DNA from: Yuukianura sp. NJ FZ-2021
Lineage: Eukaryota
Reading direction: 5' to 3'
DNA: 64,000 nt
Assembly: GCA_046563655.1 (NCBI GenBank)
Contig: CM102290.1
Coordinates: forward strand, 5,270,001 to 5,334,000
In this document: piece by piece, positions 50,501 through 61,863 of the stretch
How positions within the stretch are numbered: the stretch's first letter is position 1
Layout: each line of letters starts with the position of its first letter
Notes under the pieces: model-generated
Told to the model about the DNA's origin: nothing
Seen by the model: only the letters and a program-made list of their open reading frames with translations
The model's database searches: none
Made by a program: the position numbers and the translations under genes

Positions 50501-53500
50501 TTATACAGTCAGTATAAACCAACTGTGCCTCAATTTCATTGCTTATTTCCTCCACTTTTCCTGTCTTACCTGTCCCCCCAAGTTGGGGGAAGGCGTGACC
50601 TTGTAAAATTCTCGATTTCTATCGAATGCATCTTGAACCACTTTCTGAAACTGACACACTTTTTGTGTGTCCGTCTTCGTGTTGCCTGCAGTGATTTTTG
50701 GTAGTTCAGGAGTCGGAAGACCGGTGAGACACAGGGCAGTTCCAGTCGCTGTGGCCATGATCAGGTTTTCTCCTAAACAGATCTGAACCTATAAAATTTC
50801 AAAATTTCAACTTATATTAAAATTATTAAAACTATAACAAAAAGTTTTCTAATTTGAATTTAATGCCTTACGTTGAGGCAGAAGATGGCGTTCATGCCTT
50901 TCACTTTCAGTTTGTTGATGAGTCGTCGATGGAGTTCGTACTCCAGAAACGGAAGGCTGTCTGACACTTCTTTTGCACTGGACTCTCCCTTGCAGTCCTT
51001 CTTCTGTCGAAATACTTGTGCTTGGATCAAACAACTTTTTCCAGTCACCGGAACTCCCGTCGGAATGTTGATAGTGGCCAACATCAAGTCAGGAACTCTC
51101 GCTTTCCTGCAATTTAACATCAACCTTACACTTCGTGAGGTATAAGGGGACCACGACAGTGTAGAAAAAATAAAGCACCGAGTGGGACTCGAACCCATAT
51201 CTCTTCTTTCCGGGAGGCTCTCTACCAATTGAGCTATCACGCTCTAAGCCAAACTTACTTGCAAACACCACAACGGGCCATTTTGACTGCAAACGGAGCT
51301 CCTGTTTCGTTGTATGGAATGTGACACACGAAACAATTCGGTTCGTCTCCGGAAACATGTCGGGTAGCTCCAGAACCCCCAGAAAAAGATAACGTCCTTG
51401 ACACCCCCTAAAAAATAAAAATCAAATTTTCAAATTCACTTTTTCAAAATTTGGGATTTTTGAAAATTTACGTTTTGTTCTGTGGATCGTTGAGTGGACA
51501 TCCTCTGTTCTTTGTCCAATTTGGAATCTGGGAGTGGAACCAAATTGAACTTGGAGGATGCTTCGGAAGTATCTCCGAGTACTGCCGAGTTGACGACCGC
51601 TGCTGTGCCGGTTGCACTCAGAATGCACACGTCGTCACAGATTGTGGTGTGCTCTTCATAGCCTAGCACGACGTTACAACAAATAGATCTTGCATGGGAT
51701 CGAATCTCCATCCGAATCTCTGTCCACCATAAGTCACGGGACTCAGGTTCGTCCAGGTTCGAAATCCGCTCCAGCAGTTTCACCGAACGTGCACTCACGC
51801 TTCCACCTACACAATAATTCAAAATTTAAAATTTTACATAAATAATATATAAATAAATATAAATATAATATATAAAAATAAACTATTCTATAAATTTACA
51901 AGTAGGAGTGTAAATCCGTCACCGCTTTTTAGAAAACCGGATTTCGAATTTTGACGGATTCTTATTAAAAAATCCGTATATTTAAATCCGGCTTTCAGAA
52001 TGCATAGGATTTCCCATAAGATTTTATATGTTTTTAGTTTTTCAAAATTATCAACAACATTGGTTTTAAGTTCCGAGTAACAAAAAAACGCTTATCGCTG
52101 ACCTCAGGAATTCTCCTTTTTGATTTAACTTGAATGAAGAACTAATTTTTATTTAAACTCACTATTTCGAGGTCAATTTTCCAATTGTCCATACCATAAA
52201 ATGGAACGAAAAATCCGTCAAATCCGGATTCGATTTTTTTGGAATACGGATTTGGAGGAATCCTTCAAAAATCCGGATTTACAGCCATATTTACAACTCA
52301 ACACTAAAATTCTCAAGTCCATAAAAATTTTACAACTTTTTAGTTAACAAAGTACGAAGATGATCATGTCTCAACAAACAAGTTGTGAAGGACTAATGGA
52401 CAACAAAGTGACCAAACTCATCTTGTCACATCCACAAATGATCCAGTGACCTTCGTCACCTTTCATTTTTACTTCCGGATTCAAAACTGGATCCAACAAA
52501 TGATTTCCATAACAAAGTTGTTTTAATCAACTCATCTTCCACTCAATTTTATAAAATTAACTAATAAGCATTTCCATTTCATAAACTTAAATTAGTCAAA
52601 TGACCTGCGCAGAAGGTATGGAAAGGTCAAAGGTCAATGTTACACTAGTTTAGTCATGTTAGATAGTTTGATAGTTTTCCAAACACGAAATTACCGACAC
52701 TCGAGAGATAAAACCCAAACAAAAAGTCAACCTGTAATCTTTGCCATCTTCCACTCGTATAGTTACGTGCAGAATCAGGGATTGCTCAATTTCCAACTTT
52801 TTACACAGTCATTTCACTTTTTAGTTTTGTCATTGTTGTTTCGCACTTTCAACAGAAGAGACCCAGTGACGTCTCTTTTTTTTATTTCAAGAGACTAAAA
52901 GGTGTGACCAAAAACCAATTCAATTCCAATTAATTGCACAACAATAGAACAAAGGACTCTCACTTAAAAATAAAACCTAATTGAGTCCATGCTCACTAGA
53001 AATCATTTCGCAAAAGACACTTAAACCTTAAGTTGTGCAAACCTGCGCAGAATGGATGCGCAGAACAAGGAAAACGCAGGGTCCCCTCCGGACTCGGATA
53101 AACAGAAACGAAAGTTCAAAAAGAAAAGTTCCAAGATGGGGTCAGTCGAGGAGCCACTAAAACCCACGAGAAAGCGTAAGCAAACATAATTTATGTTATT
53201 ACATAAACACAAGAAACATAATCATACATAATTTATGTTATTACATAAACATAAAAAACATAATCATAAACCCTTCCCCCCATCTAAACAACTCCCACCC
53301 CCTACGGAACACATTTAAATTGAGTGGCCGTTTTATGTCCGAATTCCACGGAAACAATGGCCATCAAACTCTGCTCCAATTTCATTCCTTTGTCCAAACT
53401 TCCTCAATCGTCTTCAGCCTGTCTTCGATACAACGACTGACAAAAAAACCGAAAACTTAAAAAAACCGAAAAAACGAAAACTTAAAATGTACAGTTGCGG

Positions 53501-56500
53501 AGACAAGTCGCCACTATTGGGCAGACGCAGTTCTCGACTCAAAAACTTTTTCCGCAACCCATCTCGTAGCAATGTGTCACTTTTTGCAGGCGGAGTCACG
53601 GAGACGCCGGACATGAGCGTTGTCATTGGATACAACTTGTACCCCGAAGGAATCCAAAAACTACCAGGTAAAAATCTAACCTCAAAATCCACTTTTTCCA
53701 AATTCAAATTTCAAAATTTCAGGAGAAATTCCAAGAATCACTGTGGATGGCGAGCCACTGCCAGACTCCGAATCCATTGCTCAAAACGGCCTTCCTGGAA
53801 TCGACGATGTCAACCAATGCAAACGAGTCATGTTTCGACATGTTCCAGGAAACAGTAACCAAAAAATCACTTTTGGCAAAACATCTTTCAAAAAAACACT
53901 TTTTTAGTTTCTGATTTTTGAAAACTAGACTTTTTCTTCGAACTGATCAAAATGAATGCAACGAACGAGCGTGTGTTTCTCGTGTGCGAACCCAACGAAG
54001 GCTCCAAACTGCTCAACATGTCCAGTCGTCACTTTAACATTTTGTTCATCGGGCGGGACGGGAAGGAAGTCATGTCCATCCGACCATGTCCAAACACCAA
54101 GGAGGTACCATGTCAATGTCAATGTCACATGACATGTCAATGTCATGACCCATGTCAAATAACCCACTAAACTATGCATATCATTCCAGACGGTGTCCGT
54201 CCTGTACAAAAAGCAAGAGCTGGGCAGAATCGTGCGCCACCCGGCGGGTGACACGGTGTCTTCCACGTCTCCGAGTCATACTATTGTAGACAGGAATGGG
54301 GAGAGAGTATTTATTATGCGCAAGAGAGTTCAAGTGACTAAAACGAAAACATGCTGCTTCAACAACGGAGCTACAAAGGTGGACAATGGCTACAACATCT
54401 TCATCGTCAAGAAGAGCGACAGTGGAGCTGAAACGACGGAAGAGGAGATCGCTGTCGGTTCGATTTGCGATTCCGAAACACAAATCAAATTCAATTCAGC
54501 AGAATTTTCAGCCAATGAGGACCTTGGTCTTGTTCAGAAGGCTCTCCTTCTCGCTACTCTCGTCACTCTCGTAAGTCAAGCGATATCGAATACTATCCCA
54601 ACAGAAACAAAACGTTATCCAATACTATCCCAACAGAAACAGAACGTTTTCCAATACTATCCCAACAGAAACAGAACGTTATCGAATACCGTAAGAATGC
54701 AATCCGAATATTATCGAATCGTGTCCGACGTTATCTAATAGTCTCTTAACGTTATCTCAATTATCTCAGTTATCTCAATGTCGTTAGTATCTCAATGCTA
54801 TCGCTATGTTATCTAATAGTATCCCGAGGCAAGCACAACGGATTCTAATAGTATCTTAATGCTATCCCAACGTTATCGAATAGTATCCTGAGGAGAACGG
54901 AACGTTATCGAATAGTATGGTATTAATGCAGCAAAACGTTATTTTTTCAGAAAACAAAGGCTCTGCAGTCAGTTGGAGCTGGGTTCAGAATTTCCCTGGC
55001 GTTCTAAACAAAAACTGCCACACCGCACGTTTCGACAATAGCTAACGTTGTTTCGAAAAAAAAATAAGAGGCTCACGACATCGTCCTAACCAATGATCAT
55101 GAACTTAACAATACTATTGACTAATAAAGTTAAAAGTTGAAATAGTTAAAAGTGAAAATAGTTAAAAGTTAAAATACAATATACAACTCACCTATGCGCT
55201 GAATGAACTTGGGTGGGAGATCGTAGATTGTGATGAACGGATATTCCAGCATATCGAAATGATCTGAACTCGCTGCTGGGCGTCGTGACGGAGCAAACGT
55301 AGGGCCTTTTCCATGCGGTCCAGACAAGATGGCCTGGATACTCGAGTTCAAAATTCCTACAAAAATTCAAAATTTTATCAAAATTTCGAAAAACTATCTT
55401 TTTCAAATAATTTAGAGTGGAAATACCTTTTGGTGGTGTGGACAAATCGGATTCAGAAGACCGGCGCCCGTTGGTTCCAATGCCATTGTGGTGGTGTGTT
55501 CCAAATCCTTTGCTTGGCGAAACAGAACTGAGCGTGCGTGGAGCCGTCAAGGGTTGACTCATGTTCGTGGCACTTCCGCCGTGACTTTGGTCCTTCAGGG
55601 AACCCTTGACCCGCCCATTCGTCCCGGCGGGTTGATTCGAACTCGCAGCCTGTCCGGCGGGTATTTTGGCCTCTGCTGCTGAATTCTCATTGGAGGAAGT
55701 CTGTTCTTCAGGAATTGGTTCAGAAATGGCGGAAGAAGGTGGCAACGTGTTGGAGGTGCCGAGCTGCGTGACCTGCGTGACCTCGTCATGCGCCTGAATC
55801 TCTTCTTTACTCCCTCCCCCACTCATCGCTGCATTTCCACTGATCGGGACAAGAGGAAAGGTGGAAGGAACAAACGTAAGTTCATTATTAGCACTCTTAC
55901 TACGCTTATGAGTCCTGTTAGATTCATCTACTACACAAACAGCACTGTGACGCATGCTGCAGACATGCTGCCCAAGTACATCCTCTCTGTCACAAGCATT
56001 TTTATTACTACCCAAAGCATCTCCGTCACTACCAGCCCCACACACAAGCAAAGCATCAATGCTGGAAATGTACAAGCGAAGGGATTGGTCACTTGGACGC
56101 TCATACCGCAGAAAAGTTTCTTCCTGAAACGGGTCTCGAACTGGCGGACTACCGTGACCAGGCAAAATCGTGTCCAGATCAAACACCTTTGGACTGTTGG
56201 CGGACGACGGTAGAGTGGCATAGTTCATGCGACATGACCAGCCGATATCTTCTGATAGAAGTGACGGTAAGCTTTCAACCGATTCTCTACCGACTGAATA
56301 GCTTTCGCTCGTTGATCTTCGGAGATCTCCGGATCTTCCTTGTCTTTTTCTTGCCAACCGGGACAGGCGACTTCCTAAAGTAAAAAAGTCTCTTCTGAGT
56401 CTGGGTTTGCGATAAGGGCCCCTTGCGACTTCCTTGGCCTTCGGAGTGGGCCCTTGGACACTTTGTCTCCTTTTGAAAAACTTCATAAATTCTTCTTTCA

Positions 56501-59108
56501 ACTTGTCACTACTGCGCAGGCCACTTGAAGGGAGACTCATGATCGTGATGTTTGCTCTTTTGATGAGTCCAGTGGTGGAGTACTTGTCTTTTTTCTTGGA
56601 CAGACGTGGTTTGTAGTTATTTGCATTGACTTCTAGTGGATCTTCTCCGTCAGTTCCTCGATCTTCGTCTGATTCAACAAGCGAAGTTCTTCGGAACGTT
56701 AGAATGCTGCTATCGCAAGATGTTTGTGGTGTCAACTTCTGATGAAGCGGTGAATTTGAAATTGGGCGGTCAGTGAGGATGGAATTTCCTGCCGGACTGG
56801 ACAGTCGGAGGATGACTTCTGCCAAATTACTGTCCCTGTTGCTGGTCATCGTCACATTGGGTTTTAGAACTGGTATACTGGCAGTATTTTGGGGAATACT
56901 GGCAGCATTTGTAAAGTGGTTAGGTTGAGCAGTGGACACAAAACTAGTAGTGTTAGAAGAAGGGCGGTGGGAAGCAGGGGAAGGATGGGGAGAAGGAATT
57001 ACCGCAGGATGCAATTGCCCATCCACATGAAACCTAAGGAAACCATAAACAAAGTCCAGTCTCCTCTCCACCAGGTTACATGTAATATGGTCAAAAACTA
57101 TTTGGTCAAAAAGTGAAAAGGTCAAAAAGTAAAAAGGTCAAACATTAAAAAAACCTAACCAAGCTTATTACTTGTAATGGCTGATATTTTGACTTTCAAT
57201 TTTTGACTTTTTCACTTTTTGATTAAATTGTTTTGACCATTTCACCTGCTACGCTCAGACTGTCCAACGCTATGACCTTATTTTAAAAACTACTTTTTTC
57301 TTTATAAAAACAGTATTTTTTTTTTTTCAAAATTTTGAACTTTTTTTCAATTCTGGTCAAATGTTTGGAAACTGCGAACGGGGTGGGAACAGTAAACGAG
57401 AGAAGAAGAAGGGGACATTGATTGGCGGACAGAAGCTCCAGTCAACTTTGGCAACAAAAGCTGAAGACAAAGGCTCCACCACCCTGCGTCTGCGTCCCTT
57501 AAAGGGCCTCCCTTTCCAATTAGCCTTTTACACTTAAGTGCTGTACTTACTCTCTGTCCGGAATCGGTGACAATTGGGTGTCATAACTCTTGGTTAGAGT
57601 AGCAGCAGTTCCGATTCCACGAACGACAATCCCCGATTCTCCTTCCAGGTCAAAACATTGTTTGTACCTGAAAAAAGTCACAAACTTTTGAATTCACTCA
57701 AGACAAAACTTGAATGTAAAATTAAAATTACACCAATAGTTTTTTACCCAATGACAGCATTCCCGCCAAGTTCCAAAGCCTTCAGCCCCACGCGTCGTTG
57801 GACTTCGCCTGACAGTTTGGAAAAAAGTGTTTGGCGTGCTTCATTGGATGCCCGCGGTGTTCGAATCTTGTCAATCCACTGATACTCTGGATCGTCATTC
57901 ACAACAAGTTCCTCAACGAATCCATGCAATTGAATTGCCTGGTGACCCTCAGGAATATTTGAACCTACGGCAAAAAAATTCAATTTGAATCCGCAATCAG
58001 CATCACTTCAAAGCATAATTAACGAGGGTGTTGGGTATGGGGCAAAAACAATTTTTAAACTTAATAAAAAAAAATTTTTTTTTTAAGTTTTTTGAAAAAA
58101 AAATTTTTTTAAGTTAAGTTCAAAAAAAGAATTTCAAAATTTTGATGGGAAGGGTCTTCAATGAAATGCCCACCCCACCAACAATTTTTTTTTACCGGAA
58201 AACTGTTGGAAATGGTTGGCAAATATGCAATTGCGGAATTACATCTTGTCATTAGTATTGTAAAAATTTGTAAAGACTTACTAAAGAAAAACTTGACTCC
58301 ACATGAGGATTGTCGAAACTTGTTTAAATCCGAAAACAGTTCGACCTTGACCATGAGGTTGACCTCTCCGCGAATCCCATGCATCGTATCATACACAGGG
58401 ATCCATCCACTCATTGACCTTCCAGAAGGTTCTACAAAACGTATACAACTTCAAATCAACCTAGCAGCCAAAATGGTCAACATAATTTGATCAAAAAGTG
58501 AAAAAGTCAAAATAATTTGATCAAAAAGTGAAAAAGTCAAAATAATTTGATCAAAAAGTGAAAAAGTCAAAATAATTTGATCAAAAAGTGAACATGTCTA
58601 GCGCTACAAATAGTAGGTTATGTTTGGAGAGGCTACATTTTGGTGTGTTTGACCTTCTCACTTTTGACCTTTTCACTTTTTGACCAAATTGTTTTTGACC
58701 ATATGACATGGAACCACTCTGACCTTTCGTTTTGGATGGATTTGTGAGGAGTGGGTTGAGGTCAATGTATACTTTTCCAATGGAGTCATTGGCTGAGTAG
58801 GTGTCGTGGTCCATGAGCCGAATCTGAAGTGGTTCATCCTGAAGTTCCAAATCATCCATCTAAATACAATAATAATTTACATTAATATAATAAATTATAT
58901 AAAACAATTAATAACTTTTTGAATGTCTCACTTCAAATCGAAACCATTCCGAGTTCCACTGTGGATTGAGTGACTTCCTGCAGACGTCTGTCTTGAACGT
59001 GACATTTCCCAACTTGACCTCGACATAGGCGTCTGTCGTATCATTTGACCTGTCCATCACTGGCAGATTCTTCCCTGCAATTACTTTCACTTTCACCTTC
59101 CCCGGCAT
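47523..59108 (-). CDS. C2CD5: C2 domain-containing protein 5 (CDP138/KIAA0528), multi-exon
   Basis: MPGKVKVKVIAGKNLPVMDRS.DTTDAYVEVK; DHDTYSANDSIGKVYIDL; SGWIPVYDTMHGIRGE; EELVVNDDPEYQWIDKIRTPRASNEARQ; SARSVKLLERI; LPFLEYELHRRL; HVSALGGNALV; HKNQGQCLISVGGDAV. Confidence 0.95.
48099..48375 (+). mobile_element. CAAGG-terminated MITE, copy E (C2CD5 intron, splice signals antisense to host)
   Basis: Reverse complement of copies B and D; perfect 8-bp TSD GTTGAGAC. Confidence 0.9.
49691..49766. repeat. 26-bp tandem repeat x3 filling a C2CD5 intron
   Basis: TTTTATCCTAAACTTTTATCTTAACC repeated. Confidence 0.85.
50396..50484 (+). repeat. tRNA-derived SINE-like element / tRNA pseudogene
   Basis: A-box TAGCTCAATGG, B-box GGTTCGAGTCC and a following T-run; acceptor and anticodon stems pair poorly. 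Confidence 0.65.
51165..51245 (-). repeat. tRNA-derived SINE-like element / tRNA pseudogene, second copy
   Basis: AGAGCGTGATAGCTCAATTGGTAGAG...CCGGAAAG...GGGTTCGAGTCCCACTC...TTTTTT; shares the start, the CCGGAAAG block and both boxes with the 50396 copy. Confidence 0.65.
51903..52289. mobile_element. hAT-type MITE in a C2CD5 intron
   Basis: TAGGAGTGTAAATCCG ... CGGATTTACAGCCATA with flanks TTTACAAG / TTTACAAC. Confidence 0.75.
53052..55007 (+). CDS. Divergent phospholipid scramblase/LURP-one-like protein nested antisense in a C2CD5 intron (about 6 exons)
   Basis: Phase-consistent exons start MDAQNKENAG (53052-53175) and end ...RISLAF*. Motifs RHFNILFIGRDGKEVMSIRP, IVDRNGERVF, CCF, VGSI and DLGLVQKALLLATL match the scramblase pattern. 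AATAAA at ~55123. Confidence 0.65.
57074..57253. mobile_element. Foldback-like MITE (GGTCAAAAAGTGAAAA units)
   Basis: Inverted arms; reverse-orientation relative of 58460-58715. Confidence 0.7.
58460..58715. mobile_element. Foldback-like MITE with an amplified 30-bp unit (58487-58590)
   Basis: AAATAATTTGATCAAAAAGTGAAAAAGTCA x3-4 with an inverted right arm; same family as 57074. Confidence 0.75.
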
Positions 59109-59299
59109 TCTACAGGAACCAACTGCCACAGAATCCAAGGGGACTTGATTTTAGTTTGTAAGGGGCCGGGGGTTACGAAGTGAGCACTTGGAGGGGGCAC
59201 TTGAGCGGTAACTTTTGATTTTGAAGTTGGAGTTTAGTTTAATTTTTTAGGTTTGATACTAAAAATGAAACTGATGGTGAGACGTGAGATGAGAGCGTG

Positions 59300-60526
59300 T
59301 CAGAAGCTGGGCGACCCTTCAAGTTCGTCGATTTCCATGTCAATGTCTTCCTCTTCGTCGTCATGACTCTCACTGTCTTCGTCTTCGTTGTCCTCTTCCT
59401 CCTCCTCTTCTTCTTCTTCCTCCTCCTCTACAAAGTTCTACATTCAAAATATACAGTTTTTAAACCAAATACAAAAATACATGTAGATTCAGATGTGTCT
59501 TACTATCTGCTTCACTTCGGTGCCAGTTTTTCCAATGGGAAACGTATCACGATGCTTGTTGTCAATTCGCTCAAACTGAAAATCACAAAACGGAGGTTAG
59601 CACTGTTCAAAGTCACTTCCTACTATAAACTGAGTTTGAATAAATTCAAATTCAGAGAAGCATTTGAGACTATTTTGACTATTCCGCATGCACCGTCACT
59701 CACTGATTGTCAGATCTCATCAACAAACCAAATCAATTCCTGGAAATGGTGAAGCAGACTTAAAATTTCTGCTAAACTTCTAAAGTTTATGACTGGAATT
59801 GGTGAGTGCAGAAGAAAGAACGTTAAATTTCAAATTAGAAGTGTCAACAAAGACTACTTTACTACTGGAGAAGACAAGTGACAAGAGAATGAGAAAGTTT
59901 CAATGGTTATCGTGGAGTGTCCCTGATTATCCCAAACACTGCTAATCCCCACTTGACTCTATTCATGTTGACAAGCATTTGAGGCTGTAAATGTTAGTGT
60001 AACAAAAGACCTTCTGTGACCACAAAGTCAATTGAGACAACAATTCTGAAGTTGAACTGCCAGACAGCACTCGGAACCAACTGGTTGGCCACCCAGCGGA
60101 ATGAGTACGATGAATGATGATACACTAGGGTGTATCATTGTCTCTATTTTTAGCATTGCGAGGAAGTCAACAAATAGAGTTGCCAAATCCCATCGGCAAC
60201 AACAACATGTTCAGTGGTAGTCTCTTGGCATTGTCCGAGTCGTGTCATTTTGAAACAAGGTCAACGATCTTCAATCAGGATAGGCCAGGCTACCAGGAAA
60301 TGCAATGAAACTGAGCTTGGACTTAATTAGGTTACGAGGAACTATGCAAATTTAACTGTTTTAGCAAAGAATGCACTATTTAACTTACGTCTTGAATGAC
60401 GTTCTGTTCCAGTTGCCAGAGCTCTTTGTCTTCGTCATTGGGGTCAAACGTTTTGAATAAATGTGTGGGAATCATGGCGGAGGCACCGAGGAGAGGAGTT
60501 CCGATGGACACAGGTCGAGAGGTCAT
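59300..60526 (-). CDS. ANAPC15: Anaphase-promoting complex subunit 15-like, 115 aa (exons 60526-60389, 59575-59504, 59437-59300)
   Basis: ...DPNDEDKELWQLEQNVIQD|FERIDNKHRDTFPIGKTGTE...|followed by a long E/D tail. The EL.Q.EQ and PIGK motifs plus the acidic tail are the APC15 signature. Absent from the ORF track. Confidence 0.75.
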
Positions 60527-60914
60527 CGTTAATTAAGTCAGCACAGTGGACAGTCACTGGTAATCAGAGATACTACACACAAAAATGACTAGAAGGCGAG
60601 CACAGCCTTAATAGACCAATAGTAGGTGGCTGCCCCGAAGCGAAATTGGTGTGAAATTACATTTTGCACAAATGAACTAACATTAATTAGGATAAAAAGC
60701 AACACTGCTAACACAGAAGAAAGAATGGGATGACAGGGTATTATTACAGATACGATCGAAGATGAAACTGATTAATTGAAGAGAAGATAGTCAATTAATT
60801 TAAGTTTGTGCCAAAATGAACAATTTCCGGATCAGCTGAGGATATTAGGACAAAAAAAAATTTGCAAAAACTACAAAATTGAAACTGCGATACGCGAAAC
60901 GCGATTGAGCAAAT

Positions 60915-61120
60915 GGCAAATGCAGATTCCAAAATGCCAAACTATTAAATTTTGTCACGAGAATGCAGATTGCAAAATACAAAACTAAGAGTTTTGTCAT
61001 GAGAATGCAGATTGCAAAATGCAAAACTAAGAGTTTTGTCAGGAGAATGGAGATTGCAAAATGCAAAACTACGAGTTTTATTATGAGAATGCAGATTGCA
61101 AAATGCAAAACTATTGCAAA
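60915..61120. repeat. ~42-bp tandem repeat (GAGAATGCAGATTGCAAAATGCAAAACT...) between APC15 and SDA1
   Basis: 4-5 units visible; accounts for the short ORFs at 60806-61193. Confidence 0.85.
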
Positions 61121-61863
61121 ATACTTTTTTGTCTATTATATTTTTATTTGTAAGATTGAAATTCCGCAATAAAAAGAAGTATATTTTCATCAAGCAACTT
61201 TTAATTTTTTTCTTAGAAAGTGTTTTATTATATTTACCTAGGTTAGTTATGTATTTATAAAATTTCTAATCGAAAATGCCATAAGAAGGAGATAAAGTAT
61301 TTGGTAGTGTCAAAATTCACTTTTGTTTTCTGCAATTGTGTTGAGGAAATTGCAAAACTCACTCAATACCATGCTGGAGTTGGGCGACGTATACTCAAAA
61401 ATTTGAAGAATATGCAACTTGTTAATTTGTTAATTAACGTTCAGTAACAAATTTGCCAGCACTTACCAACTAATTAATGTTAGGCTTGATTTTGATGCTT
61501 TGGAAAGCATTTCAACGACGTTTTTGCCTTATGCTTTATACTATTAGGAGAGGAATGCCCATACATGTTTTTTCAATTCAATCGGTTTATCAAACAGTTT
61601 CCTGCGAAATACCCAACACGCGCTTCTGCTAATTTTTTGCAAAATTCTTATAACAATTATCCCGGCTGATCTGGAAGTCATCTGATTGACCTGACCTTTC
61701 GCGAGGTCAACGGTAGTCGAGGTCACCACACACCTAATCCTTGTCGTGCCAGGTAAAATTATTAAAATTCTGGTAGTACACGATTAGAACCAAACACCTT
61801 AGCTGAACCTAATTTGCTGTTACTTGATCTGTTTATTTTTCAGTTGAGATCTATTTGGTCAAC

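Noticed and set aside
58433..58723. MITE filling most of a C2CD5 intron as a second introner
   Set aside because: The inferred donor (GTCAGA) and acceptor lie outside the element ends and no exonic TSD is seen; more likely an insertion into an existing intron.
59297..59752. 151-aa hydrophobic plus-strand ORF
   Set aside because: Antisense reading of the APC15 acidic tail.
60113..60140. ATGATGA C-box-like motif with a 9-bp hairpin in APC15 intron 1
   Set aside because: Antisense to the host gene, with no matching D box or terminal stem at a plausible distance.
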